Of a stretch of DNA of 64,000 nucleotides, positions 47,693-57,556 are shown one piece after another. Each line of letters starts with the position of its first letter. Positions within the stretch are counted from its first letter, which is position 1. The stretch is from an uncultured Gammaproteobacteria bacterium. GTDB lineage: Bacteria > Patescibacteriota > Patescibacteriia > UBA11705 > JABHMO01. A model generated the notes under the pieces. That model was not told the DNA's origin. It made no database searches and saw nothing but the letters and a program-made list of their open reading frames with translations. Where the stretch lies: contig CAZMEQ010000004.1 of NCBI GenBank assembly GCA_964565345.1, forward strand, positions 2,873 to 66,872, read 5' to 3'. Both the position numbers and the translations under genes were made by a program.

Positions 47693-48085
47693 ATGACATC
47701 AAAATTAAAGGCACCTAAATATACAATTTTAGTTGTTGAAGATGAATTGCCATTACAACAAGCCATACAGCTAAAATTAGAAAAAAATGGCTTGGGCGTA
47801 GTTACTGCTCGATCTGTTAAGCAGGCTCGTATGTTATTAGAGGAATTAAGCAAGGTTGATGTTGTTTGGCTTGATCATTATTTGATAGGAGAGGAAAGCG
47901 GGTTAGATTTTGTGGCTGAATTGAAAAATAATGCTAAATGGAAAAAAATTCCGGTCTTTGTTGTCTCCAACACGGCCAGCTCTGATAAAGTTAAAACATA
48001 TTTAGAGTTAGGCGTAAATAAATATTTTACTAAGTCAAATTATCTTTTGGAACAGATTATTGCAGAGATAAAAAAGGCTATTTAG
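47693..48085 (+). CDS. Single-domain response regulator
   Basis: ILVVEDE, WLDH, GLDF, YFTK. Confidence 0.9.
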   Translation: MTSKLKAPKYTILVVEDELPLQQAIQLKLEKNGLGVVTARSVKQARMLLEELSKVDVVWLDHYLIGEESGLDFVAELKNNAKWKKIPVFVVSNTASSDKVKTYLELGVNKYFTKSNYLLEQIIAEIKKAI

Positions 48086-48134
48086 TAATAATAAAAAACC
48101 CCTCCGAAGCCTTGGCGTAGGAGGGGTTTTTTAT

Positions 48135-48599
48135 TTAACGAGTAATTTCTATGCTGGTAGCATCTTCTGGGTCGCAAGCGCCAATGGTGAGAGAATCTTC
48201 TGAGTTTTTTACAAAATAATACCCAGTTGCGCCAACTTCTCCGTCAATCGGGTCAGTTGGTATCTTCGGCAATTTCTTTTCATCGACCAGTGGAGTAAAG
48301 TCAAAACAGCTGGTTGCGGTTACTTTAGCCACACAGTTATTACAGCCGTTACTAGCAGTCCCAATTTGGTAATAAACATTAGGACTAACATTCTCAAGCG
48401 CGGTAAAATAGGAGCCACCGTTGTCGACCTGGAAAAGTTTAGCAGCTGCTCCAATAGCATCAACGTCCGACCAGCGTTGTGCATCGCGGGCTTTTTGAAA
48501 ACGTGTTAAGGGGTCAAGTGCTACGAACACGACTGTTACCAAAATCGCAATAATGGCAATCACTATTAACAGTTCAATTAAAGTAAAACCTTTTTTCAT
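48135..48599 (-). CDS. Type IV pilin, paralog 2
   Basis: KKG|FTLIELLIVIAIIAIL, KARDAQR, IPTDP. Confidence 0.9.
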   Translation of the reverse strand: MKKGFTLIELLIVIAIIAILVTVVFVALDPLTRFQKARDAQRWSDVDAIGAAAKLFQVDNGGSYFTALENVSPNVYYQIGTASNGCNNCVAKVTATSCFDFTPLVDEKKLPKIPTDPIDGEVGATGYYFVKNSEDSLTIGACDPEDATSIEITR

Positions 48600-48700
48600 A
48601 TGTTATTTAAATTATTACTACTTAATTATAGCGTATTTATCGAGAAATAAAAAACCCTCCTTCCCCCGCATCTAGTGCGGGGTTCGGAGGGTTTTTAAAT

Positions 48701-49168
48701 TTATCTGGAAACGTTGATAGTTGCTGCATCTTCTGGGTCGCAAGCACCAATTGTGATAGCTCCAGTAGCGCTCTTACTGATATAGTAATCAGTTTCAACG
48801 GCAGTGCCGGTTGAAGGATCCATTGGTACTGCTGGTAAATAACCATCTGTAACTAAGCCAGTTAGGTCAGCACAAGCTGCTTGAGTAACAACAGCAGTAC
48901 AGCCAGCGTCACCACCATTGGCGCAAGTACCAATCGTGTAGTTTAGGGCATTAGTTAAAGCTGTAACGGTTGCCATGTAGGTGCCACCATTATCAACCTG
49001 GTCTAATTTAATTGCATCTAACAAGGAACTAACATCCGAATAACGTTGTGCATCTCGAGCCTTTTGGAAACGTGTTAAAGGATCAAGAGCCACAAAGACC
49101 ACCACCGCCAAAATTGCAATAATGGCAATGACGATCAAGAGTTCGATCAAGGTAAACCCTTTTCGCAT
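48701..49168 (-). CDS. Type IV pilin, paralog 1 (candidate major pilin)
   Basis: RKG|FTLIELLIVIAIIAIL; own TGcTATAAT and terminator (48648-48697). Confidence 0.9.
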   Translation of the reverse strand: MRKGFTLIELLIVIAIIAILAVVVFVALDPLTRFQKARDAQRYSDVSSLLDAIKLDQVDNGGTYMATVTALTNALNYTIGTCANGGDAGCTAVVTQAACADLTGLVTDGYLPAVPMDPSTGTAVETDYYISKSATGAITIGACDPEDAATINVSR

Positions 49169-49227
49169 AGTTTTATGGTTAATTTTTTACTTCTATATTA
49201 TAGCACACATGGCTAAATTAAGCACAA

Positions 49228-49635
49228 TTAGTTATCCCAAGCCATTATAGTCTTGGTGGCTGGGTCAAAGGTAACTTTTATGTTGTCGGTTAGTTCATTT
49301 TGGGTGGTCGTCATATTGATTTCGAGATAAGCTCCATTCTCGTTAATCGTGCTTAGGCAAGTACCAGAAAAGATATCAAGTGTGCCCCCTTGATAGGCTT
49401 GGTTGCGAGTTAGGTTTAATAAATTTTCTTGAATACACGATAGTTGGAGTGTATCAAAATGAGTTTTTTGGACTTCTAGTGTTGAAGTTTCGAGATAAAT
49501 AATAGATTGGATAGTTATCTTAATTAAGACAACCGAAAAAACACTAGCCATAATGAGGACAATGACCATCAAAACATATCCGTCCTTATTCTGATTTAAT
49601 TGTGGTGACCTGTGTCCAGGACTTATTCGCTTCAT
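49228..49635 (-). CDS. Minor pilin (PilX-like); start uncertain
   Basis: KDG|YVLMVIVLIM hydrophobic helix; same position as 42935-43324 in the other module. Confidence 0.6.
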   Translation of the reverse strand: MKRISPGHRSPQLNQNKDGYVLMVIVLIMASVFSVVLIKITIQSIIYLETSTLEVQKTHFDTLQLSCIQENLLNLTRNQAYQGGTLDIFSGTCLSTINENGAYLEINMTTTQNELTDNIKVTFDPATKTIMAWDN

Positions 49636-50113
49636 AGCGTTTGTCTTGACTCGGATTATAATAATCAAGTCTAATATCGGTTGTTATTTGTTTTGTGGTA
49701 GGACTATAGTGAACTATAAAATCAGTTATATTAATTTTAGAAGTTATTAAATTAGTTGGTTGGGAATTGGGTAAAGTTACTATTAAGTTTGTTAGGGTAA
49801 AGGTCTGGCCGTTAAGATTTAAACTTTTATTTTCAGTTTCTATGCTTGTTGTGCTGTCATCTTGGTTTGTTATTACTAAGCGTCCGGGATTAGCATCTAG
49901 TACAGATTGCGTTATATTTATGGCTTTCGCATTTTGAATCTCCTGATGTAAAAAATTACTTAAAAACCGGTAATTATAGTTTATCTCGTTTACAGCGGTT
50001 AATTTCATTTGTGATGATAATACAGTCCAGGCTAAACTTAAACTAGCTGTTAGAATAATAGCCGTTAGCCCTATGTAGAGGAGAAGTTCAATTAAGGTAA
50101 AGCCTTGTCTCAT
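49586..50113 (-). CDS. Minor pilin (PilW-like)
   Basis: RQG|FTLIELLLY. Confidence 0.85.
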   Translation of the reverse strand: MRQGFTLIELLLYIGLTAIILTASLSLAWTVLSSQMKLTAVNEINYNYRFLSNFLHQEIQNAKAINITQSVLDANPGRLVITNQDDSTTSIETENKSLNLNGQTFTLTNLIVTLPNSQPTNLITSKINITDFIVHYSPTTKQITTDIRLDYYNPSQDKRYEANKSWTQVTTIKSE

Positions 50114-50114
50114 A

Positions 50115-50999
50115 TTATGGAATAAAGGGGGGTGTTGTTATTTCTGTTTTGGTTGAGCCATCAAGCATTTTTGCTGTAATACTAAAGGTGGCGCCGTCCA
50201 CCTTTTCGTCAAAGCGAACAGTATTCATTTCATAGCTCGTATTTGGTTGTAAAACAAAATCCACTAAATCTAACTCAGTTCCAGATGGTTGAGCGCCGGT
50301 GGGAGTCCCAATCCCATTAGTGGAATGCCAGTAATTTTGGCCGGCAATTTTTACATAGGTGATATTACCCGGTTTATCCCACGAAAAAGTCATTTTGTCT
50401 AAGGTAATAATGGTGTTGCCGTTGTTGCGCAGAAAAATACCAAATAATGATTTTTTAGTGGAGTCAATGTAGGCTGTGCTGATATCCAAATCCAGTTTTC
50501 CGGCTTCAGTTATAACAACACAATTAGTAGGTGTTTTCCAGTTCGTAAAAATTTGGCTGAAGGTTTTAGTTTGTGGGCCGCGGTTATCGTTGTAAGATAA
50601 GGTTAGCTCTACAATTTTTGTATCAGAATCGTCCGTACCGTCCACTTCTACTAGATTACAATTCAGGTCTCTGGTAGCTTCGGTGATAGTTATAGTCCTA
50701 TTAAAGTTATTGATGGTGTCTGGTGTTTCTGAAAGAGTCCAGTTTGGATTATTAAAGATTAAGCCATGGGTTCCGTTGGTTAATGTCGCCCAATTGGTTT
50801 TCGCCAAAGAGTCAATAATTTCGAAGGTGCTTTGGGCTACTTGTGCTGTTGTTTGTTGTGCTTGTCCGCGGATTTGGTTGTCATAATAACGTAAGCTAGT
50901 TAAAACTCCTCCAGACATAAGAATACCAAACAGCGCAATAGCTAAAATGGCTTCAATTAAGTTTTGTCCTAGTCGTTGACTGTGTAACATGTTATTCAA
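50115..50999 (-). CDS. Minor pilin (PilV-like) with C-terminal extension
   Basis: RLG|QNLIEAILAIALFG, similar to the N-terminus of 40679. Confidence 0.75.
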   Translation of the reverse strand: MNNMLHSQRLGQNLIEAILAIALFGILMSGGVLTSLRYYDNQIRGQAQQTTAQVAQSTFEIIDSLAKTNWATLTNGTHGLIFNNPNWTLSETPDTINNFNRTITITEATRDLNCNLVEVDGTDDSDTKIVELTLSYNDNRGPQTKTFSQIFTNWKTPTNCVVITEAGKLDLDISTAYIDSTKKSLFGIFLRNNGNTIITLDKMTFSWDKPGNITYVKIAGQNYWHSTNGIGTPTGAQPSGTELDLVDFVLQPNTSYEMNTVRFDEKVDGATFSITAKMLDGSTKTEITTPPFIP

Positions 51000-51423
51000 T
51001 TAACCCAATTAAAGAATAGTTAATGACGGATTGTTGGCCAGAGCGGTCGTTAACTAACGTGAGTGTTCCGGCCGTAATAGGGAATCCAGTATTTTTTATA
51101 AAGTTGATATCAGTGTTAGCCAAAGCGGATATGGTATTAGAAAGTGTGTAGGTGGTAGCACTTCCAGGTATTAGTTCAGCATATGATGAGCCCATATAGG
51201 AGGTGTAAGTATGTCCCGAAAAATAAACGCCATGATTATTATTGTTTTGTCCAATTTGAGCCAAAAATTGAATTTCTCGTAGCGCAACAATAATTTCTTG
51301 TTTTACGCTTTCTCGTTCACTAAACTCTTGGAATTTAAAATAGAGCGGGACACTTACAGCCACAATAATTAAAAAAACTATCACTACGATTACCATTTCA
51401 ATCAGAGTGAACCCTTTTCGCAT
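50992..51423 (-). CDS. Minor pilin (FimT/FimU-like)
   Basis: RKG|FTLIE. Confidence 0.85.
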   Translation of the reverse strand: MRKGFTLIEMVIVVIVFLIIVAVSVPLYFKFQEFSERESVKQEIIVALREIQFLAQIGQNNNNHGVYFSGHTYTSYMGSSYAELIPGSATTYTLSNTISALANTDINFIKNTGFPITAGTLTLVNDRSGQQSVINYSLIGLIE

Positions 51424-51425
51424 AT

Positions 51426-52556
51426 TTAGTTAAATTCTTGAGTAATAGAGTAAATAGGTGTGATAATCGACAGAGCCAGCACCGCGACAATTAAGCCCAA
51501 GAAGATGAATAAAACAGGTTCGAGTATATTAGAAAGATTTTTTGAAAGATCGTTTAATTCTTCTTCTCTAATAGAAGCGACATAGGCCAAAGAGTCAGCT
51601 AGGGTACCGGATTCTTCGCCTACGTTAATAATTTGCGTGTCGGTAGGGGGAAAAAGTTTGTGATGTTGATCTAATAAATCAAAAAGGTTTTCTCCGGTTT
51701 TGATACGACTATGTATTTCTTCGATGATTTTTTTATAATGGACATTATTAATCGTTTGGCTACAGATGATAATACCTTCATCAATAGTGGACCCGCTTTT
51801 GAGAAGAATGCTCAAACTACGATAAAACATTGATAGGTTATAGTTTTTTGTAAACCTATTCAAAATGGGAAAATGTATTAAGAGCCTGTGGGTGAGTGGT
51901 TTAACCTGTTTTAGACGTAAGACAATAAAAAGGGTCACTAATACTGCCAAAACCAGCGAAACGGCCAGCACTCCATGATTTTCAAAGAAGTCAGATACGG
52001 TAATCAATATTCTTGTTGTTAGGGGAAGCTCGACTCGAAAATTCTTGAACATTTTCGTTAGTTTGGGGAGAACAAATAAGGCAATTAAGGTTCCCAAAAT
52101 AAGCGTTCCACCTAAAATTATCATTGGGTACACCATGGCCCCGACAATTTGTTTTTTAAGTTTGTAGGTTTTATCAAGTTGTTCGGCTAGATATTCTAGG
52201 TTTTTGTCTAGGGTTCCTGATTCTTCACCAATTTTGACGATATTGATGTATATGTCCGAAAATATTTTGGGATGTTCTCCCAAAGCTTCACTAAATTTAC
52301 GTCCTTGTTCAACTATGTCGATAATTTCGATTAGTGTTTGGTGGAACTTACCCTTAGTTTGTTTGTTTATGACGCGCAGGGATTCGCTTAATGTTGACCC
52401 TGTTTTAAGCATGATAGACAAGTTTTTAGTAAAAAAAAGTACGGTTCTTTTAGAAACCCCACCAATGTAGATTTGTTTTTTTTCTTTTTTGGTAGATACT
52501 TTTTTTGATTGAACTTCGTCGCTGGTAGTTTTTTTGTTTTTACTTTTTGGGCGCAT
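51426..52556 (-). CDS. pilC: Platform protein PilC/GspF, second copy
   Basis: GEESGTL twice, AMVYP, ILEP. Confidence 0.92.
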   Translation of the reverse strand: MRPKSKNKKTTSDEVQSKKVSTKKEKKQIYIGGVSKRTVLFFTKNLSIMLKTGSTLSESLRVINKQTKGKFHQTLIEIIDIVEQGRKFSEALGEHPKIFSDIYINIVKIGEESGTLDKNLEYLAEQLDKTYKLKKQIVGAMVYPMIILGGTLILGTLIALFVLPKLTKMFKNFRVELPLTTRILITVSDFFENHGVLAVSLVLAVLVTLFIVLRLKQVKPLTHRLLIHFPILNRFTKNYNLSMFYRSLSILLKSGSTIDEGIIICSQTINNVHYKKIIEEIHSRIKTGENLFDLLDQHHKLFPPTDTQIINVGEESGTLADSLAYVASIREEELNDLSKNLSNILEPVLFIFLGLIVAVLALSIITPIYSITQEFN

Positions 52557-52576
52557 AGAACTATGTTAGAGTGCGT

Positions 52577-54268
52577 TTATTCTCGTGTCACACGCAAGAC
52601 TTCGTCAATTGTGGTAATCCCTGTTAAAACTTTTTCGACCCCATCTTCTATCATGGTGCTCATGCCCTTACTCACGGCCTTATTTTTTATGTCTTCGGCG
52701 TTTGATTTTTCCATAATCATGTGTTTAATATCTTCGTCCAACGCCATAATTTCAAAAATGCCGATTCGTCCAGTATAACCAGTGTTTTGACATTTGGGAC
52801 AGCCCTCTCCTTTATATATTTTAGTGCTTATTTTATCTAATTTATACTTTTTAATTATTTCTGGTGAGAGCTGTTGCTCAATTAGATTTATTGTTTCTTG
52901 GGAGAGTTTAATTTCTTTGCGGCAATTATTACAGACCTTACGGACTAATCGTTGGGCAATAATAACATTAATAGTTGAGGCCACCAGAAATGGTTCTACG
53001 CCCATGTCCATTAAGCGGGGGAGGGTTGTGGGGGCGTCATTGGTGTGTAGAGTAGACAAAACTAAGTGTCCAGTCATAGCTGAATTAATAGCAATGCTGG
53101 CAGTTTCTTGATCGCGGATTTCGCCCACCATAATAATGTCAGGGTCTTGACGGACTATAGCACGCAACCCGGCCGCAAAGGTTAAGTTGGTATTGGGGTT
53201 AACTTGAATTTGATTAATGCCTTCGATATCATATTCAACCGGATCTTCAATTGTTGAAATATTAACTTCACGGGTATTTAAAATTTTTAGAACAGAATAA
53301 AGAGTGGTTGTTTTCCCGGTACCTGTTGGCCCTGTTACTAGAATCATACCCCAGGGTTTATCGATATTATTTTGGACTATTTTAAGTTGCTTTTTATTGA
53401 AACCGAGGTTTTCAAGGTCATACTGGCGGGCTTTTTCTGAGAGTAGGCGCATCACAATTTTTTCTCCGTAAATAACTGGAACTATCGAAACGCGGACATC
53501 GATTTTTTTACTTTCAGATTTAAAACGGAGGCGACCATCTTGGGCGGCGCGGTGTTCATCAGTACGTAGACGCGATAAAATTTTAATGCGAGTTATTATT
53601 AGGTCGTGGAGATTTTTAGGGATTTCAACTATGTCATGCATAATGCCATCAATACGGAAGCGAACGTCAGTCTTTGTTTCGTGTGGCTCTATGTGAATAT
53701 CAGAAGCTTTATTGTCATAGCCTAAAACTAATATTTTTTCCACGATGTTGATGATGGGCAAATCTTCGGCGTGCGAAATTTTTTCACTGGCGGCGCTTGC
53801 GCTTTCAATCATTTTGTTCAATTCTTTGTCAGTAGATTGCAAGGGCAGTCTGTTTATGTAATCAACTAGTTCTTCGTCATTTTCATAATATACAAGAAGA
53901 GGTTGATCAAGTCTTTTTTCGAGGTTGGCTATGAAGGCCTTGTTATCGGGGCGGCAGGTAGCAACATGAAAGCCGCGGTGATCTTTTTTAAAAATGACCA
54001 CGCCTTCTTTTTGAGCTAATATCTCTGGCAGATATTGAAAACTCTCTACAAAAGGTTTTTCATTTGCAAGAGTTATGCTTTTTAATTTATAGGTATCAGC
54101 AATAGCCTCTTTAATTTCTGCTTCGTTGATAATCTCGTTGGTTGTCAGGTATTTTAATAAAGGCAGATTTTGTTTTTCGGCCTCCGTAGCATGTTTTTTC
54201 AACTCATCTGCTTTTAGTAGTTTTTGGTCTTTGATTATTTTTTCGAAATCTTGGTCAGATAAATTCAT
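52577..54268 (-). CDS. pilB: Assembly ATPase PilB/GspE, second copy
   Basis: ASDIHIEP, GPTGTGKTTT, RQDPDIIMVGEIRD, GYTGRIG. Confidence 0.93.
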   Translation of the reverse strand: MNLSDQDFEKIIKDQKLLKADELKKHATEAEKQNLPLLKYLTTNEIINEAEIKEAIADTYKLKSITLANEKPFVESFQYLPEILAQKEGVVIFKKDHRGFHVATCRPDNKAFIANLEKRLDQPLLVYYENDEELVDYINRLPLQSTDKELNKMIESASAASEKISHAEDLPIINIVEKILVLGYDNKASDIHIEPHETKTDVRFRIDGIMHDIVEIPKNLHDLIITRIKILSRLRTDEHRAAQDGRLRFKSESKKIDVRVSIVPVIYGEKIVMRLLSEKARQYDLENLGFNKKQLKIVQNNIDKPWGMILVTGPTGTGKTTTLYSVLKILNTREVNISTIEDPVEYDIEGINQIQVNPNTNLTFAAGLRAIVRQDPDIIMVGEIRDQETASIAINSAMTGHLVLSTLHTNDAPTTLPRLMDMGVEPFLVASTINVIIAQRLVRKVCNNCRKEIKLSQETINLIEQQLSPEIIKKYKLDKISTKIYKGEGCPKCQNTGYTGRIGIFEIMALDEDIKHMIMEKSNAEDIKNKAVSKGMSTMIEDGVEKVLTGITTIDEVLRVTRE

Positions 54269-54347
54269 AAAATAAAATATTCTTGATTTAATTATATCAT
54301 AAAAGGAGTTTTATGATAAAACTCCCAAGTCTGATATTTTAAAATGA

Positions 54348-55604
54348 TTATTCGTGCCTTAACGCATCAATCGGGCTCATGTGGGCAGCTTGACGAGCTG
54401 GATATAAACCAAAGATTAAACCGACTAAGACGGACATTACAACGGAAGCCAACATGCCTTGCCACGAAATTGAAAAGTCCCAGTCGAACCCCAATAACCC
54501 GGCCACCAACGATACGAGTAGGGACAGTAAAATTCCCAAAATAATGCCAATAATCCCGCCCATAAAGGTGACAATGACTGATTCAGCTAAGAATTGCCAT
54601 AAGATATTGGCATTTTTTGCGCCCAGAGATTTACGTAACCCAATTTCTGGCGTGCGCTCAGTAACTGAAACATACATAATGTTCATAATTCCAACGCCAC
54701 CGACTATCAGAGATATAGAGCCGAGGGCTATTAAAAGTATTTGAATGCCGTAAATAATAACATTCAACATATCCATGGCTTGTTCCATGGTGGTAACAGC
54801 AAAATCATCCTTATCGGGATCTGTTATTTTATGTCGTTCGCGTAGTGTTAGTGTAATATCTTCCGCTGTTATGGGGGATAGCTTAGTATCGTAAACTTGA
54901 GTTAAAATAAAACTGACATAATCAACACCCAGGATTCTTTTTTGAAGGGTTTGTATGGGCAGAAAGGCCATGCCATCCATGTCCATGGCAAAACTCGCAC
55001 CTTTTTCTTTTAAAATGCCAACCACATTGAATTTTTCGGAACCTATTTTAATAGATTGGCCTAAAGCCGAGGATTCTCCAAACAGATCATTTTTAAGTTT
55101 TGAACCTAAAACAACAACTTTACTAAGGGTACGATCTTCTTCGTCCGTAAAAAATTGACCCTCAGCGATTTCGCTGGTATCAATGTCAATAAAGCTGGCA
55201 TTAACTCCAAAAATATTAGTTTTTTTAAATTCATTATCATGGCTTAATATTTCTTGACCCATAAGACCAGCGTAATAATTTTTCACATTATCAATCTTGG
55301 CAATGGCTTCGGCATCTTCTAATTTTAAAGTTGTAATAGTTGTTCCCCCGACCATGCTAAATGAGTTCTCACTGGAAGTATGTCCTGTCTGAGGTGTTTT
55401 TACTTCCACTTGTATGTAATCAGTCCCAAACGCTTCTATCTCGTCTATTATAAAGCCTCTTATGGCTTGGCCAATAGACAGTACGGCGATAACAGCTGTG
55501 ATGCCAATTACAATCCCGAGTATGGTTAAAAGCGTGCGCCCTTTATTTTTACGTAAGGAGTTTATAGCGATGTTAAAAGAATTTGTGATTAGCGTTTTAT
55601 TCAT
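54348..55604 (-). CDS. MacB/FtsX-type ABC permease
   Basis: RTLLTILGIVIG, GGVGIMNIM, ERTPEIGLRK, GLYPARQAA. Confidence 0.93.
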   Translation of the reverse strand: MNKTLITNSFNIAINSLRKNKGRTLLTILGIVIGITAVIAVLSIGQAIRGFIIDEIEAFGTDYIQVEVKTPQTGHTSSENSFSMVGGTTITTLKLEDAEAIAKIDNVKNYYAGLMGQEILSHDNEFKKTNIFGVNASFIDIDTSEIAEGQFFTDEEDRTLSKVVVLGSKLKNDLFGESSALGQSIKIGSEKFNVVGILKEKGASFAMDMDGMAFLPIQTLQKRILGVDYVSFILTQVYDTKLSPITAEDITLTLRERHKITDPDKDDFAVTTMEQAMDMLNVIIYGIQILLIALGSISLIVGGVGIMNIMYVSVTERTPEIGLRKSLGAKNANILWQFLAESVIVTFMGGIIGIILGILLSLLVSLVAGLLGFDWDFSISWQGMLASVVMSVLVGLIFGLYPARQAAHMSPIDALRHE

Positions 55605-56829
55605 AGTGGAGCGCAGTTATGGGGTCTAGTTTTGCGGCTTTACGTGCTGGATATAGGCCAAATATAAGACCAACCAGCGAAGACATAACGCAGGCTAAAA
55701 GTATCGAGCCCGGGGTTATAACAAAAGTCCAGTCATAGCCTAGCTGATTAACTATAATGGAAATTAAATATGATAACGAAACCCCAATAGCAATCCCAAT
55801 GATTGCCCCTAGAGATGTTATAACTAAAGTTTCTAGAAGGAACTGAAAAACAATTTGTTGAGATTTGGCGCCCACGGATTTTCTAAGGCCAATTTCTTTA
55901 ACTCTTTGTGTTACCGCTGCCAACATAATATTCATAATACCGATGCCACCAACTATAAGAGAAATAGAAACAATGGCTAATAAAAAGAATTGCAATGAGC
56001 TTGTAATGGTGCTCAGCATTTCTTGGGCGTCGGCAGTATTTCTAACCGAAAAGTCATCTTTTTCAGGATCTTTTATATTATGTCGACTGCGTAATAATAT
56101 TTCAGCTTCTTCGATGATAAAAGGGATATTTTTTTCTTCGGCTACTTTAACACGCATAAACCCAATATGTTTTATGCCGAGCAGTCGTGTTTGTGCTGTA
56201 GTTACCGGGACAAAAATCATGTTGTCTACGTTTTGAAATCCGGCTGTACCTTGCGGTTCCATTACACCAATCACGGTAAAACTATTTTGTTTGATATATA
56301 TTTTTTGTCCCAGTGGGTCGGTGTTTTCAAATAAATTATCTTTAACTTGTGAACCAATAACAGCCACAGTGGCATTTGTTTTTTTATGTTCTTCGGTGAA
56401 AAATTCGCCTTGAGCTGTTTTGGCATCAGTAATAATAGGGTAGTCTGCAGAAACTCCATAAATAGAGTTGACAATTTTTTGGTTATCCCAACTAATTGCA
56501 TCGGTTGTACTCACATATGAGCTGGCCGCAATAACGCCAGGTATTTTTTTTATGGCTTCTGTGTCTGAATCCTTAAGGGTGGTGATAATAACACCAAATA
56601 CTGCGGCTGGTGGTCCTTTTTCATCTGATTTACCGGGTAGAATGCCAATAATATTTGAGCCAATGCCGCGTATTTGATTGGTTATGAGACTTTCGGCCCC
56701 GGCTACTACAGAGGTAATAGTAATGACTGATGAAATTCCAATAATAATGCCGAGCATGGTTAAAAACGAACGCATTTTAAAAGTTCGTAAATTAGTAAAA
56801 GATTGTTTAACCGTGGCGCGAATGAGCAT
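55597..56829 (-). CDS. MacB/FtsX-type ABC permease
   Basis: RSFLTMLGIIIG, GGIGIMNIM, EIGLRK. Confidence 0.93.
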   Translation of the reverse strand: MLIRATVKQSFTNLRTFKMRSFLTMLGIIIGISSVITITSVVAGAESLITNQIRGIGSNIIGILPGKSDEKGPPAAVFGVIITTLKDSDTEAIKKIPGVIAASSYVSTTDAISWDNQKIVNSIYGVSADYPIITDAKTAQGEFFTEEHKKTNATVAVIGSQVKDNLFENTDPLGQKIYIKQNSFTVIGVMEPQGTAGFQNVDNMIFVPVTTAQTRLLGIKHIGFMRVKVAEEKNIPFIIEEAEILLRSRHNIKDPEKDDFSVRNTADAQEMLSTITSSLQFFLLAIVSISLIVGGIGIMNIMLAAVTQRVKEIGLRKSVGAKSQQIVFQFLLETLVITSLGAIIGIAIGVSLSYLISIIVNQLGYDWTFVITPGSILLACVMSSLVGLIFGLYPARKAAKLDPITALHYE

Positions 56830-56830
56830 G

Positions 56831-57553
56831 TTATTTTTTTAGTTCGCTGTTAGCGGAAGCTAAACGACGCTGACCAACCTTGTTGTCAGAATATATCTCA
56901 CCGTCTTTGATTTTAATAATTCTTTTAGCGTGTTCAGCTGTATCATTTTCATGGGTTACAATAATTATGGTTTTACCTTTTTCGTTTAGTTCTTGGAGAA
57001 GTTGCATAATTTGGTTGCCTGTTTTGGAGTCGAGGTTGCCGGTGGGTTCGTCGGCTAAAATAATCTCGGGTTCATTAACTAGGGCTCGAGCAATAGCAAC
57101 GCGTTGTTTTTCGCCACCGGAGAGTTGATTCGAAAGATAATCACGACGGTGTTCGAGGCTGACTTCTTTAATGGCTTCATCAACAAGTTTGGTGTGTTTG
57201 GTGGTTGGTTGTTTGCTATATATAAGAGGGAGTTTTACGTTTTCAAAGACTGAAGTTCGGGGTAGCAGGTTGAATGACTGAAAAACGAAGCCGATTTCTT
57301 TGTTACGGATTTCGGCCATTTCATCATCACTTAGATTTTCAATATTCTCACCCTTAAAAAGATATTGCCCTCCAGTCGGCTTAGTTAGAAAACCGATTAT
57401 GTGCATCAACGTTGATTTCCCTGATCCCGAAGGGCCCATGATGGCCACAAATTCTCCTTTTTCAATGACAAAACTAGCTTCTTTAAGGGCCAGCGTTTTT
57501 ACTTCTTCATTTTCGTAAACTTTTTGTAAATTTTTTGCTTCGATTAATTTCAT
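56831..57553 (-). CDS. ABC ATP-binding protein (LolD/MacB-like)
   Basis: [23 protein letters not shown]. Confidence 0.95.
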   Translation of the reverse strand: MKLIEAKNLQKVYENEEVKTLALKEASFVIEKGEFVAIMGPSGSGKSTLMHIIGFLTKPTGGQYLFKGENIENLSDDEMAEIRNKEIGFVFQSFNLLPRTSVFENVKLPLIYSKQPTTKHTKLVDEAIKEVSLEHRRDYLSNQLSGGEKQRVAIARALVNEPEIILADEPTGNLDSKTGNQIMQLLQELNEKGKTIIIVTHENDTAEHAKRIIKIKDGEIYSDNKVGQRRLASANSELKK

Positions 57554-57556
57554 ACA

